Below are positions 40,005-51,820 of a DNA stretch of 64,000 nt, in pieces. Under the pieces are notes generated by a model. The model was not told the origin of the DNA, ran no database searches, and saw only the letters and a program-made list of their open reading frames with translations. The stretch comes from Chiloscyllium plagiosum. Taxonomy: Eukaryota. Made by a program: the position numbers and the translations under genes. The DNA is taken from positions 43,399,736 to 43,463,735 of the forward strand of contig NC_057720.1 of NCBI RefSeq assembly GCF_004010195.1. The letters run 5' to 3'. Every line of letters starts with the position of its first letter. Within the stretch, counting starts at the first letter, position 1.

Positions 40005-40420
40005 TGTGGTTGCATATTGATCACGTTAATAGTCTAATAATCCAGAAGTCTGAACTAATAACCTGGAGACACATGTTCAAACTCCACAATGGCTCTGGTA
40101 AATTTAAATTCAACAAGTTAATAAATTGAGAATAAAAAACAAGTATTAGTAGTGGTGATCATGAAACTACTGGATTGGCATAAAAACCCATATGGTTCAC
40201 TCATGTCCTTTGGGAAAGAAAATCTGTATGCCTTTACCTTTCTGAGCAAATCCAGCCCATAGCAAAGCAGTTGACTCTTAGCTGCCATCTGAAATGGCTT
40301 AGCATGCCACTCTATTGTGTTTATGAAAGAAGATCACCAGCACCTTTGAGGGCAATTAGGGATAGACAATAAATTCTGGTATTGCCAGCAATGCCCATAT
40401 CTCATGAATGAGCAAAAATA
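40005..40420 (+). mobile_element. Short non-autonomous element: tRNA-like head fused to the LINE 3' tail
   Basis: B-box-like GTTCAAACTCC at 40075-40085. The head matches 45090-45370; the tail GGGCAATTAGGGATAGACAATAAATTCTGG matches 58636-58700. Confidence 0.75.
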
Positions 40421-41964
40421 ACTTTCGACATTTACTAAAAAAGATTTCGGGTATTAAAAGAGTTCTCAAAATCATGAAAGCAAAATCAATTCCCACGAAC
40501 TAAACCCAAAAATAACCATGATAATTTTACATTAAAGACCTTTGATTAATGAGAATACTCCACATAAAAATATTCTCATAAGGTCTGATGTACATAGAAG
40601 ACCAAAAAGGTTTTTGGGTGGAGCAGTTTAGAAGACATAAAAATTCTTTCCAAGCTGAAAAACATTGAAATTTACCATGGCACAGAACAGCATTTGAAAC
40701 ATTACCAAGCCTTCTGTTGAGCAGATGTTTCAGAAAGTTAGTACTTAATTGTTCTTGGTTGAACTGAATATAGACCATTCTTGGAGCTTCACTTTACAGT
40801 TACATCTTCCTGTATTCTTTCCAAACAATGATCATTTCTCTCCTTCAAGTTGTCGACAGTTCTTGCTAAATTTGGAGTCGATTGCCATTTCCTAGCAAAG
40901 CATTCAATATTTTGTTCATTCTTTTCTTGAAAACTAAGATAAATTAAAGTCAAAATATTTAAGATCATGACCTCTCATTTTGATTTTACCAATTGATGGA
41001 AATAATCTGCTTATGCCTCAATTCCTTTTACCATTTTGCACATATCTATTACATTCTTCTGACGTAGGGAACACAATATTGATCTTCACTAACAGTTCCT
41101 CATAAGTAATGCACTTCATCTCTGGTATTTGTTTTTGGGATTATTCATTTCATGCATGAAGGGCTAAAAACTGCTATATGGTACTTCAAACATGACTGAC
41201 CCATCATACAGCACAGGCTCATTACCTCTATTTCTACTGATAAAATTTTGACTTGATCATCACCCAGATCCCTTTGCTTAATAATCGACTGAGAAACTTA
41301 CCAATTGGGATTCTTATGCCATTTTCATTCCTGATTTGCATATTAAATACCATCTGTCACTTACCTGCTATTCTCTTAGATTGTTTATGCTTTCCAGTAA
41401 TCTCCTCCCTTCTTCTTGGCAGTTCATTATTTTCTGTAGATTTCTATTTTAAGCACACTTTGGTCAATCCACCAATTATTTCTCAGTAAGTGATGTAATT
41501 TTCTTTTCTATATGAAGCTGAAATGTGTGTAACCTTGGTTTGTTGATATGCATTTCACAAATAAGAATTAACAAACTTACATTTATATCATACTTCCATG
41601 ACTTGAGGGCATCTCAAGTAGTGGACAGCCACTGAAGTACTTTTATATGTAGTCACTGTTGTAACGCAAGATTTAATGCAATGTAATGCTTTCTTGAGGC
41701 CTTGCTTCAGGTAAATAGCTTATATAATTTGTTAAATTAACAAGCTGTAGCAAAAGCTGCTTTAGTTACATCTAAATTGACTTGCTTAACTTATTAAAAA
41801 TATTATGTTATGAGGAAGATTATATCATTACTGTTGAAAATGAAAGCTGTGAGATCTAGGAGACCAATATACATACATAGAAAATAACGAGAAAATTGGC
41901 AAAAGATAACTCCATGTCAATGTGTTTGGGCATAATAGTCTTGACTAGTTTCTCTCGACATCAA

Positions 41965-41970
41965 TTTATT
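41965..41970 (-). terminator. Likely faf1 polyadenylation signal (AATAAA)
   Basis: TTTATT on + ~730 nt downstream of the faf1 stop, after a repeat-free UTR-like stretch. Confidence 0.5.
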
Positions 41971-42696
41971 CCTGTATAATATATACCAACAATTAGTTAC
42001 TTCTCCGACTCCCTAAAGAAGAAAGAAGCAGCACTGAGCATGTGGAATAGGTTCAACAAGAAATAAGGCTGCAAATGAAAGTTTATATCCTTACACTTTA
42101 CCAAAGCTGAAAACCAAATAGGAAAATCACATGGTATAAAAATGATACACTTTCCAAATAATACTGTAAATCTCCACGGCCAAGAATGACCCCATACCGA
42201 CTGTGAAATCATAAATTAGGCTTTATGTAGAAATCCAGACATGGAATTATGCACATTTATGAGCATAGTCTCAAGTATGTATTGAATTAAAACAAATACA
42301 GAATTTTAAATCAAAGCACTTGCTTCAAAAATTGGGTGAATTGTAATACAGGGTTTGTGGTTGAATGGGTACAAAGAAACCAATTCTAAACTAAGATAAT
42401 TCTCTTCACCTTTGAATAGTGCATCGATGAATAAACATAGGCTAGAATAGTGTGAAGGGTGGAAGTCAGTGTTCATCACAGATCGCTATCCTCCTATATA
42501 TCTTTGTAAACATCTACAATTCTTGAGAGGTTGGCAGCATACAGGCATTTTACAATGATGATGTTGATTTAAGAGTTCTGGAAGAGGCAGATAGTTGTGG
42601 CATGTGGCTGGACAAAACAAAGAAGGATCTTGAATCTTTCAGACATAAGCTGAGCTTTTATCAACTATTTGAGAAGTCAGAGTCCCATGGATGAAT

Positions 42697-42780
42697 TCAT
42701 TCCTTTGCTTCCAGGAAGAGTGTTTCCTGAGGATAGAGTTTCACCTCCATTAATGTTTCAGTTGGATCAAACTGAGATAC
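42697..42780 (-). CDS. faf1: FAS-associated factor 1, terminal coding exon (end of the UBX domain)
   Basis: Pyrimidine tract and acceptor TTTCTTTCCAACAG| then VSQFDPTETLMEVKLYPQETLFLEAKE-TGA; the human FAF1 C-terminus is VTQLDPNKSLLEVKLFPQETLFLEAKE. Same strand and upstream of dmrta2, as in human. Confidence 0.93.
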   Translation of the reverse strand, partial: VSQFDPTETLMEVKLYPQETLFLEAKE

Positions 42781-44814
42781 CTGTTGGAAAGAAAAAGAGT
42801 ACATTAGACAGTAGTTCAGTATAAAAATTCTAATTTTGACACGTTGACATTTAATTAGCTTACTGTTTCACTGGCAGAAAAGTGGATTAAACAATAGTTG
42901 TCCTCATTTTCCCCACACAGTAGACTTGATACCTTTTAATAAGAAACATGTGGAAGAACAAACTGTTCATTGCTCGTTTAACCTGGAATCTAAAGATCTT
43001 TGCATTTAGTCAGTTCTCTTCTTTGTTACATACACTTCATCTTGGACCATTTTAGCTCTATTAGAAACATTGTCCTCTCCTGAACATCGAACTCTGTTGC
43101 CAACATGACCTGAATCTTGGACACAGGAGCTTAGGTCTTCCATTAAAGTGGAACTGGGGCATGATTTCAGTATAGCAGGACCTCTTTTTATTTTTCTACC
43201 TTGGTTTAATTAATCTTTGTAAACTTCTTGGCATCCATGCTGAGTTCATGTAGAAGGGAGGGTAGCAAATATCTAAGAGAGAAACTTTGGAGGCCAGTTC
43301 CTACCAGTAGCTTCAATAATGCGATGATAAGGTGTACAATAAATATTTAGCTTTACCAAATTTAGCATCAAACGCTATGCAATTATTTTTTAATATCATT
43401 ATCCACAGAAATGGTAATCCCATGAAAACAAGAATTAGGAGGAGGAGTAATCCCTTGAAGCTACTCACCATTCAAAAAGGCTCTGACTGACCTAACTTTG
43501 GCACAGATCGCCAGCAGTCAGTTATGGCATCTGTAATCAGTGGGTAAGAACTGAGGTCTCTATCTCAGATTATGGAAATATTCAGGATAACAATTGGCTC
43601 TATTTATGTTGCTTCACAATACAACTGCTTTACATAGCCAACATATTATACTTCATCACATATACCCATCAGAAAATCCAAGAAAGAGCAAGGATGAGTG
43701 AAAAGTTGCCAGATAAAACTTCTGCTATACTTCCTATCTTCCTTTCTTCCACTGAAAATGTGCACAAAGAGGGCAGACGGTCCTCATTGGAATAATTACT
43801 GACAATAGAAGTCAAAAATAGTACAGGCATGGGAGAAATAAATATTCGTCATGCAAAAATGTATAGTGTGAAGATATACATGAACAAATCTGTCATTTTT
43901 CAGAGTTCAATTTTATATGATTATCCTTCACAGTATATTAGTAGAGATCAGAAAAAGAATAATTACGTTTGTGACATTCTATTAAGAATTCACATTCAAG
44001 TCTATAAAGTTGTAAAAGAATCATCTGTTAAGTAACAAATGAAAGTAACATTTAAACACTGCTTCACAACAACTAGAGCATAGTGCCCTTCCAGGAACTA
44101 TTGTGCAAGTGCAGTGAGGTGGTAACAAGGTCATTGTGGTTCATTAGAAGAAAAATTCCTGCAATTCAGCATTCAAACAGGTGGGATGTTGAAAGTATTA
44201 ATTTATGCTGAAAAGTATGAATAATCACCATTCACAATCTGTTCAAGTAATTAAATACTTTTCAACTGTAATCAATAATGTTAAGGCTTATTTTTTAAAC
44301 TACATTTAATTCAAAATTTTAGTAGTTTGGACAAAGCACCTACAATGCCAAATTCTCATTTTAGTCAGCTGGTTGACTAGTTTATAAAAGATGGAGTTTG
44401 TAAGAACACAATATAACTAAAAAAAGAGAAAAGTGTTTGTAATGGTATGAACTTTAAAAAGAAACAATGGCCTCAATTTACACCTGTTACTCATATCAAA
44501 CTTTTAACACTTTTGAGAGATCATGTGATATAAAAGTTAGCTATCACACTGGAAAACAAAGTTTAAAAATGATTGTGCACCTCTGTTAATTGCGATGAGG
44601 CAGTACACACTGACACTTCATGCTACCAGCTCATTTCAGTGATTTTAGCTTTCAGCTAGCACCAACCACATTGACTGTGGGGCTTATTAGGAGCAAGGTA
44701 TCATAAGTAGCTAGCACCATTTCATACTAGACTGCACCTCAAAGGAGAGGTGCACTAAGGTAGTAAATACTCACAGGTGTGAAGGTAATAGCTTTCATTT
44801 GGGGAATGCAAAAA

Positions 44815-45020
44815 TATGGCAAAACATGGAGGAATCAGAGTTCCTAGATCTTTAAGGCTTCAATGCAAGGCCTGCTGCAAGGATTTAGAGGCCACCAAGA
44901 AAAGCACATAAAGGACGATGACAGCAGATAGTTACGGAGGTCAATGTCAGAAGTCTAGCTCCAAGATCCTGACCAAATACTGTAATTTGTTCAAAGATCT
45001 AACAAACGTTTAAGGTCAGT
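44815..45020 (+). mobile_element. Harbinger-type Myb/SANT ORF remnant (tentative)
   Basis: MAKHGGIRVPR...EVNVRSLAPRS*...FKDL then AAGGTCAGT, resembling the Harbinger DNA-binding ORF helix pattern. Confidence 0.45.
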
Positions 45021-45089
45021 GATTTTCAAATGTTTTTTTTTTAAATCAACTGTGTTAACTGAACTAAGACACTGCACGATTCATCATAC

Positions 45090-45820
45090 CCAGTGTGGCT
45101 GGACTAGTAATCTAGAGACCCAGATAATGCTTTCAGGACCTGCATTTGAATTCCAATCTGAATTTTTTAAAAAAGGTGGAATTAAAAGCTTAATAATGGT
45201 TACGAAACCATTACTGTTTGTTCTAAAAACCCATCTAGTTCACTCCTGTCTTTTAGGAAAGGAAAACGATCATTATTACCTCATCTGGTCTTCATGCAAT
45301 CCTAGGTCTACAACAATGTAGGTGAGTTTCAACTGCCCTCTGAAATGACCAAAATACTCAGTTGTATCGAGCCAGTAAAAAGTTTCAGAAAAAAAGGAAC
45401 TGGACAGACCACTTGGCATTGATGTAGGCACCAAAACGATAATGGCAAATCTCAGGCTCCTCCTGATATCCCCAGCAGATCGCATGTCAGTTTTCAGTCA
45501 ATTCGATTCATACCAAGTTGAGATAAAGAAATGGCTGATGACATTGGATACTGCAATACTATGCATTCTGACAACATTCCAGCAATAGTATTGAAGACTA
45601 GTTATGGAGAATTTTGCATGCTCCAAGCCAAGCTGTTCCAGTACAGCGACAGCACTGGCATCTACCCAACATTATGGAAAATTGCCCAGGAATGTACTGT
45701 GCACAAAAAAGGCACTAAATCCAACCTGGCCAATAACATCAGTCTGTCTTGATCATCAACAGAGTGATATAAGGGGTCATCAATAGTACTATCAAGCAGC
45801 AGTTGCTTAGCAATAATTTG
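45090..45820 (+). mobile_element. Internally deleted LINE with tRNA-like head and RT N-terminal region
   Basis: Head shared with 40005, then KLFQYSDSTGIYPTLWKIAQECTVHKKGTKSNLAN (RT domain 0/1). Confidence 0.75.
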
Positions 45821-45929
45821 AGTTTTACATGGGCTGTGGAGTAGGACGTTACAGTTGGTGCTCATCTGCTCTTTCTGTTTATTTCCCATTTTCTTCTTTA
45901 TTTATCCTCCTTGTTCTCCCCTGAGGTAG

Positions 45930-46735
45930 GCTGGAGGCATTGAGCAGAGTGCTCTGGAGGCCCAAGGGGCGGGAACAGCCAGTGGGCTGGAGGCCTGAGC
46001 AGAGTGGGGATGGCTAGTGGGCTGGAGTGTCACATGGAGGGAGGATGGCTAGCAGGTTGGAAGCCCGAGCACAGTGGGGATGGCCAGAGGGCTGGAGACC
46101 AGAGTAGAGTGGACATGGCCAGTGGGCTGGAGGCTCACAGCGAGCGGGGACAAGCAGCACGCTGGAGGCTCACAGGGAGCGGAGATGGCCTGTGGGCTGG
46201 AGAGCGGAGCAGGGTCAGCCAGTGGGCTGGAGGTCTGAGCAGAGTGGGGAGCGGAGCAGGGTTGGCTAGCAGGCTAGAGGCTCACGGGGAGGGAGGATGA
46301 CAAGCATGCTGGAGGCCCGAGCAGAGCAGGGATGGCCAGCAGGCTGGAGGCCTGATCGGAGTGCAGAGCGAAGCAGCGGGCTGGAGAGCGGATCAGGGTC
46401 AGCCAACAGGCTGGAGCCTCACAGGGAGTGGGGATGGCCAGTGGTCTGGAGGCCTGAGCAGAGTTTGGAGCAGAGCAGGGTCGGCCAGCAGGCTCACAGG
46501 GAGGGAGGATGACCAGCATGCTGGAGGCCCGAGCAGGGCAGGGTCGGCCAGCGGGCTGGAGGCTCACAGTGAGGGAGGATGACCAGCGGGCTGGAGAACT
46601 GAGGGGAGTGTGATGGCCAGCAGGCTGGAGGCCTGAGCGGAGTGGAGGCGGCTAGCGGGCTGGAGGCCTGAGCGGAGCAGGGTTGGCCAGTGGGCTGGAA
46701 GCTCACAGTGAGGGAAGATGACCAGCAGGCAGAAG
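45930..46735. repeat. GC-rich complex minisatellite built on GCTGGAGG
   Basis: Roughly 30-35 bp variant units of the form GGCCAG(C/T)GGGCTGGAGGC(CTGAGC/TCACAG)... Confidence 0.85.
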
Positions 46736-47175
46736 GCATGAGTGATATGGGACAGATATTGGACTGGGGATCAGTGCAGCAGGAGAAGGGCCACTTGCAA
46801 ACCTGCAATTTACTCAAATAAATTGAGTTTTCCTGAATATCTCCCTCTGTTTCCTGATTTATTGCTCTGTCTAGGATGTTACTTCTATCCTTTATAGTGA
46901 AGATTGATGCAAAATATCTGTTGAATTAATCTATCATCTCTATTTTCCATTATCAATTCTCCAGATTCACTTTCTATAGAACCAAAATCCACTTAGTTAA
47001 CTTGTTTCATTTTAAAATACTTGTAGAAACATTTTACTATTTGTTATTATATTTTTGGCTAGAATTCTTTTGTAATCTTAATCATTTCCTCCATATTAAT
47101 GTTTAATTATTTGCTGGTCATTTACATTCTTACAACTCTCCTGGTGTCACCTGTGTTTGTAGAATTATAGATTCT

Positions 47176-49429
47176 TTCTTCTGATTCAGTATGTGGATGT
47201 ACCTACTAGAGAAGTTGCAAACCTTGACCTACTCTTGGGAAATAAGTCAGGGCAGGTGACTGAGGTGTCTGTGTGGGAGCGCTTTGGGGCCAGTGACCAT
47301 AATTCTATTAGATTTAAAATAATGGTGGAAAAGGATAGACCAGATCTAAAAGTTGAAGTTCTAAACTGGCGAAAGGCCAATTTTAACGGTATTAGGCAAG
47401 AACTTTCGAAAGCTGATCGGGGGCAGATGTCCGCAAGTAAAGGGACGGCTGGAAAATGGGAAGCCTTCAGAAATGAGATATCGGGAATCCAGCGAAAGTA
47501 TATTCCTGTTAGGGTGAAAGGAAAGGCTGGTAGGTATAGGGAATACTGGATGACTAAAGAAATTGAGGGTTTGGTTAAGAAAAAGAAGGAAGCATATGTA
47601 AGGTATAGACAGGATATATTTAAAAGGGAAATCAGGAGGGCAAAAAGGGGACATGAGATAGCTTTGGCAAATAGAATTAAGGAGAATCCAAAGAGTTTTT
47701 ACAAATACATTAAGGACAAAAGGGTAACTAGGGAGAGAATAGGGCCCCTCAAAAATCATCAAGCCGGCCTTTGTGTGGAGCCGCAGAAAATGGGGGAGAT
47801 ACTAAATGAGCATTTTGCATCAGTATTTACTGTGGAAAAGGATACGGAAGATATAGGCTGTAGGGAAATAGATGGTGACATCTTACAGAGGAAGAAGTGC
47901 TGGATGTCTTGAAACGCATAAAGGTGGATAAATCCCCAGGATCTGATCAGGTGTACCCTACAACTCTGTGGGAAGCTAGAGAAGTGATTGCTGGGCCTCT
48001 TGCTGAAATATTTGTATCATCAATAGTCACAGGTGAGGTGCTAGAAGACTGGAGGTTGGCTAACGTAGTGCCACTGCTTGAACAAGGTGGTAAGGACAAT
48101 CTGGGAACTATAAACCAGTGAGCCTGATGTCAGTGGTAGGCAAGTCGTTGGAGGGAATCCAATCATGTATTATGAAAGGCAAGGACTGATTAGGGATAGT
48201 CAACATGGCTTTGTGCGTTGGAAATCATGTCTCACACACTTGATTGAGTTTTTTGAGGAAGTAACAAAGAGGATTGATGAGGGCAGAGCGGTAGATGTGA
48301 TTTATGTGGACTTCAGTAAGACGTTCGACAAGGTTTCCCATGGGAGACTGATTAGCAAGGTTAGATCTCATGGAACACTGGGAGAACTAGCCATTTGGAT
48401 ACAGAACTGGCTCAAAAGTAGAAGACAGAGGGTGGTGGTGGAGGATTGTTTTTCAGACTGGAGGCCTGTGACCAGTGGAGTGCTACAAGGATCGGTGCTG
48501 GGCCCTCTACTTTTTGTCATTTACATAAATGGTTTGGATGCGAGCATAAGAGGTACAGTTAGTAAGTTTGCAGATGACACCAAAATTGGAGGTGTAGTGG
48601 ACAGCGAAGAGGGTTACCTAGATTACAACAGGATCTTGACCAGATGGGCCAATGGGCAAATGGAGTTTAATTCAGATAAATGCGAGGTGCTGCAATTTGG
48701 GAAAGCAAATCTTAGCAGGACTTATACACTTAATGGTAAGGTCCTAGGGAGAGTTGCTGAACAAAGAGACCGTGGAAAGTTGCATGTAGATAGGATAGTG
48801 AAGGAGACATTTGGTATGCTTTTGTTTATTGGTCAGCGTATTGAATACAGGAGTTGGGATGTCATGTTGCAGCTGTACAGGACATTGGCTAAGCCACTGT
48901 TGGAATATCGCATGTAATTCTGGTCTCCTTCCTATCGGAAAGATGTTGTGAAACTTGAAAGGGTTCAGAAAAGATTTACAAGGATGTTGCCAGGGTAGGA
49001 GGATTTGAGCTATAGGGAGAGGCTGAACAGGCTGGGGCTATTTTCCCTTGAGTGTCGGAGGCTGAGAGGTTTACAAAATTATGAGGGGCATGGATACGGT
49101 AAATAGACAAAGTCTTTTCCCTGGGGTTGGAGAGTCCAGAACTAGAGGACATAGGATTCGGGTAAGAGGGGAAAGATATAAAAGACCTACGGGGCAACAT
49201 TTTCACACAGAGGGTGGTAAGTGTATGGAATGAGCTGCCAGAGGAAGTGGTGGAGCTGGTACAATTGCAACATTTAAGAGGCATTTAGATGGGTATATGA
49301 ATAAGAAGGGTTTGGAGGGATATGGGCTGGGTGCTGGCACGTGGGCCTAGATTGGGTTGGGATATCTGGTCGGCATGGACAGGTTGGACCGAAGGGTCTG
49401 TTTCCATGCTGTACATCTCTATGACTCTA
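47176..49429 (+). mobile_element. Young CR1 (HER1-like) LINE, 5'-truncated, ORF2 frameshifted
   Basis: LDLLLGN...SDHNSI, QHGF, DFSKTFDKV, GVLQGSVLGPLLF and FADD; intact 3' tail. Confidence 0.95.
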
Positions 49430-50055
49430 AGTCTGGTACAATTTTTAACTTTTCTAGTTAACCATGGATGGTAGGTCCAATCTCTTGAAAAATACTGTGC
49501 ATTCTGAAAGTTATAAGTTTGCCACTGTATCTGTATTCCTGTATTTTAATCTCATTTGTTTAATCATTCTGCATTCATGCCCGCATAACTGCATTTATTT
49601 AAGTTGAAAAAAGATGTCGGACCCATTCCCCTCTCCCTCAATCTGATTGTGAAATTCAATCATACTATGATTGTTGCCACGTAGGGGTGCCTTCATTGTT
49701 AGATCATTCATTATTCCATTGCACAATACCAAATCTAGTCTGCTCTCTTGTTCAAAACATGCTGTTATAAGAAATTATCCCAAAATAATTCTATGAAGTC
49801 CTCATCTAGACTACCTTTGGCCATCTGACTTTGGCACTGTCTATACCTATATTTAAATTTCCAATTATTATTGCTGTGTTTTCTTGAAAAGTTCCCATTA
49901 TTTCTTACTTTACGGTCCATGCACTAAAGATGCATCAGCCTATAGGGTACCCTGGAACTGTCTGAGAAGAAGGGAAATGAGCTGTTCTTTTACCTGCCAG
50001 TACCATCTCTGTTCTTGAAAGGCTTATGCCAGCCATCACTGTGGGAAATAAACAT

Positions 50056-50361
50056 GGGCGGCACGGTGGCACAGTGGTTAGCACTGCTGCCTCATAGCGC
50101 CAGAGACCCGGGTTCAATTCCCGCCTCAGGCGACTAACTGTGTGGAGTTTGCATGTTCTCCCCATGTCTGCGTGGGTTTCCTCCGGGTGCTCTGGTTTCC
50201 TCCCACAGTCCAAAGATGTGCAGCTCAGGTGAATTGGCCATGCTAAATTGCCCGTAGTGTTAGGTAAGGGGTAAACGTAAGGTGGGTTGCACTTCGGCGG
50301 GTCGGTGTGGACTTGTTGGGCCAAAGGGCCTGTTTCCACACTGTAAGTAATCTAATCTAAT
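50056..50361 (+). mobile_element. HE1-type V-SINE, full length
   Basis: GGGCGGCACGGTGGCACAGTGG (A box), GGTTCAATTCC (B box), V-domain, CR1-like tail and TAATCTAATCTAA end. Confidence 0.94.
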
Positions 50362-51723
50362 AAAAAGTAGGTACCTATGCAGATTGCTAATTTCAGCAAC
50401 AAAGATGTTTACTTCTATCCAAGATTTCACATAGGTGTCTTTACACCTACCCTTGATTCCATCTGTGGACGAACTGCAAGAGACACCTCTAACCTCATTT
50501 TAAGGATGGACATTGGCAAGTTGGATGAGACCTAGAAGAGGTTGCTGATTCCCATTCTCACCAGGTGTGTGCGTGATTTATATAAATCAATATCAATTTT
50601 AAACTAGCGTCACATAGATGTTAGTCTACTTATGTGAAGGGGTTTAATAAATAATAAGGTCAGTCTTTTCAGCACCATGATTTTAAACCAGTATGTGCCA
50701 TACAGCAGATAACTGAAAGCTTCTTGAAATATTAATGTAAGTTTTTTTAAAATATATTAAAGGGATTTATAAGAAGGAATAGAAATCATCAAAAGACATA
50801 AGCTTGTTTCTGGTTTAGAATAATCAAGGAATGACTTTAGTTGAGAAAAACCAAGAGATTGAAAAGACTTTGGGCAGTTCAAAGACCACCTGAATGGATG
50901 TCAGATATCAGTACAGTATCTCTCCTAGAAAAGGAGATTATTCAGAGTAGTTAAGGAAATTGGTTACCCCAGTGAAATAATTTAGTTTCTGAAAATTCCA
51001 GACCAGGAATATTTGGTTAGAATTTGGTTATTCAAAGCTGAGAAAGTCTTAAGATCTCAGTTAAGTGAGGATTCAAGGGAAAGATGTTAATGCTCACAGG
51101 ATAGGAATTACCACTGGTACCTTCAGGCACATGAAAGCTTTTGGTGACCTGTATTTTCAGTCTCTCCTTATGTATCTACATAATATATTCATTTACAACT
51201 TGACATTTGAAGAGACTCTTGAAAGACGAGACATCGTCTTAGCTTGCTTGTTGCAGTTTAATATGAAAGTTAAACCAGAAAAGTGCCAACTTTCCCAGAC
51301 AAAAGTGTAGTACCTTGGGCACTTTGTTACAAAAGGAAGGAGTTACTCCTGACAAGAGAAAATCTGAGCAGTGGGGGAGTGTCCCTAACCTAAGACAGGG
51401 AGGGTACTGCATGGGTTCTTTGGTCTCGATGGATACTCGAGGCTATGACATTTGGCCGCTCCACTCCATGATTTGCTGAAGAAATTGGAAAATTCTGAAG
51501 GACTGGTTGGGGAAGGATATATGAGGCACACAAAATGTCAGAGTTGGACCCCAGCATGAAGAATCCTTTTGGGTGCTCAAGCAAAAACTTGTCTCATAAC
51601 TTGTCCTTGACCACAAAAATTTCCATCTCCATCTCATATTAGGAAGCAATACCTGCTTTCTTGGATTAGAAGTGTTGCGGTCAGAGATCCAAAAGCAGGA
51701 AAATGGTTATTGCTTATACCAGA

Positions 51724-51820
51724 GCTGAAAATGTGTTGCTGGAAAAGCGCAGCAGGTCAGGCAGCATCCAAGGAACAAGAGAATCGACGTTTCGGGCATA
51801 AGCCCTTCTTCAGGAATCTT
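51724..51820 (-). mobile_element. Penelope-like solo terminal repeat inserted into the Gypsy RNase H region
   Basis: Flanked by TTGCTTATACCAGA (51710-51723) and TTGCTATACCAGA (51821-51833); CpGs intact, so a young insertion. Confidence 0.88.
51781..51818 (-). ncRNA. Minimal type I hammerhead ribozyme motif, apparently intact
   Basis: GATTC-CTGAAGA-A-GGGC-TTAT-GCCC-GAAA-CGTC-GATTC: core CUGANGA, perfect 4-bp stem II, GAAA, palindromic ACGU in place of stem III, GUC triplet. Confidence 0.72.

Noticed and set aside
45930-46817. CRISPR-like array or repeat-protein gene
   Set aside because: No constant repeat with unique spacers, no cas genes, eukaryotic context. The ORFs arise from a stop-poor GC-rich repeat and lack splice or domain support.
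47193-48917. Functional reverse transcriptase gene
   Set aside because: ORF2 is split by frameshifts and deletions and is 5'-truncated; the same holds for 55260-57303 and the Gypsy pol.
50056-50130. tRNA genes (also at ~23440-23514, ~26640-26712 and ~39230-39286)
   Set aside because: A and B boxes continue into SINE bodies; no complete cloverleaf or Pol III terminator.
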